From assembly GCA_964016885.1 (NCBI GenBank), contig OZ024745.1:31558001-31622000 (forward strand): 64,000 nt of DNA, written 5' to 3'. The notes under the pieces were generated by a model. That model did not search any database. It saw nothing but the letters and a program-made list of their open reading frames with translations, and had not been told where the DNA came from. Positions 63,667 to 64,000 of this stretch are shown piece after piece (the first letter of the stretch is position 1; each line of letters opens with the position of its first letter). The position numbers and the translations under genes are program-made. This stretch comes from Eledone cirrhosa (Eukaryota).

Positions 63667-63740
63667 TCTGTCTGAAGAGAACACATCAACAAAGGGTTAT
63701 TATACAATCACTTTGACGTCTTAGAAATACGTATAACAGG
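63667..63740 (+). ncRNA. hammerhead-like motif with long, degenerate stem II
   Basis: ucugu-CUGAAGA-...caaag..cuuug...-GAAA-uacgua-UA-acagg, about 45 nt upstream of (TA)n. Confidence 0.5.
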
Positions 63741-63784
63741 ATTATATAACAAACAGAGGATGTACATATAAAAACATCTCTTCT

Positions 63785-63833
<49 letters not shown>

Positions 63834-64000
63834 TGTTATACTTGGGAAGGGTCATATTGTTGTAATAATAACAGAAGTAATAACAGAACACACCCACTGT
63901 TTGGTTGGTTTTCGCTTCTGTATCTTTTATATCTCCACAGTTAATTCATTTGGCCCTCAAAATGCAGATATAATATAGATATAAACACATATATATAGTC

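Overview
AT-rich, microsatellite-rich eukaryotic non-coding DNA made almost entirely of transposable elements. The SINE, RTE-tail and TTAA-MITE repertoire resembles an octopus/coleoid cephalopod genome (inference from recognition, not a search). I find no host protein-coding gene, rRNA, tRNA or CRISPR array that I can support. Main elements: a full-length, decayed Ty3/Gypsy LTR retrotransposon of CsRn1 type (13314-18792, minus); a Penelope-like element with an open 527-codon RT+GIY-YIG frame and an inverted pseudo-LTR (about 20262-23380); a near-full RTE LINE (about 24310-27865) plus several fragments; a Tx1/L1 LINE (about 29033-32403); a CR1-type LINE with PHD-finger ORF1 but no endonuclease domain (about 36640-40216); many tRNA-derived SINEs and hAT, Tc1/mariner, piggyBac-like and Helitron miniatures. 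Two patterns stand out. First, several unrelated short elements sit next to (TA)n tracts, form long inverted repeats and carry hammerhead-ribozyme-like folds, including a perfect 169-bp-arm palindrome. Second, a 4.6-kb 48-bp satellite (51778-56367) whose monomer is the terminal 48 bp of a TTAA-target MITE found nearby, with a duplicated 13-monomer block.
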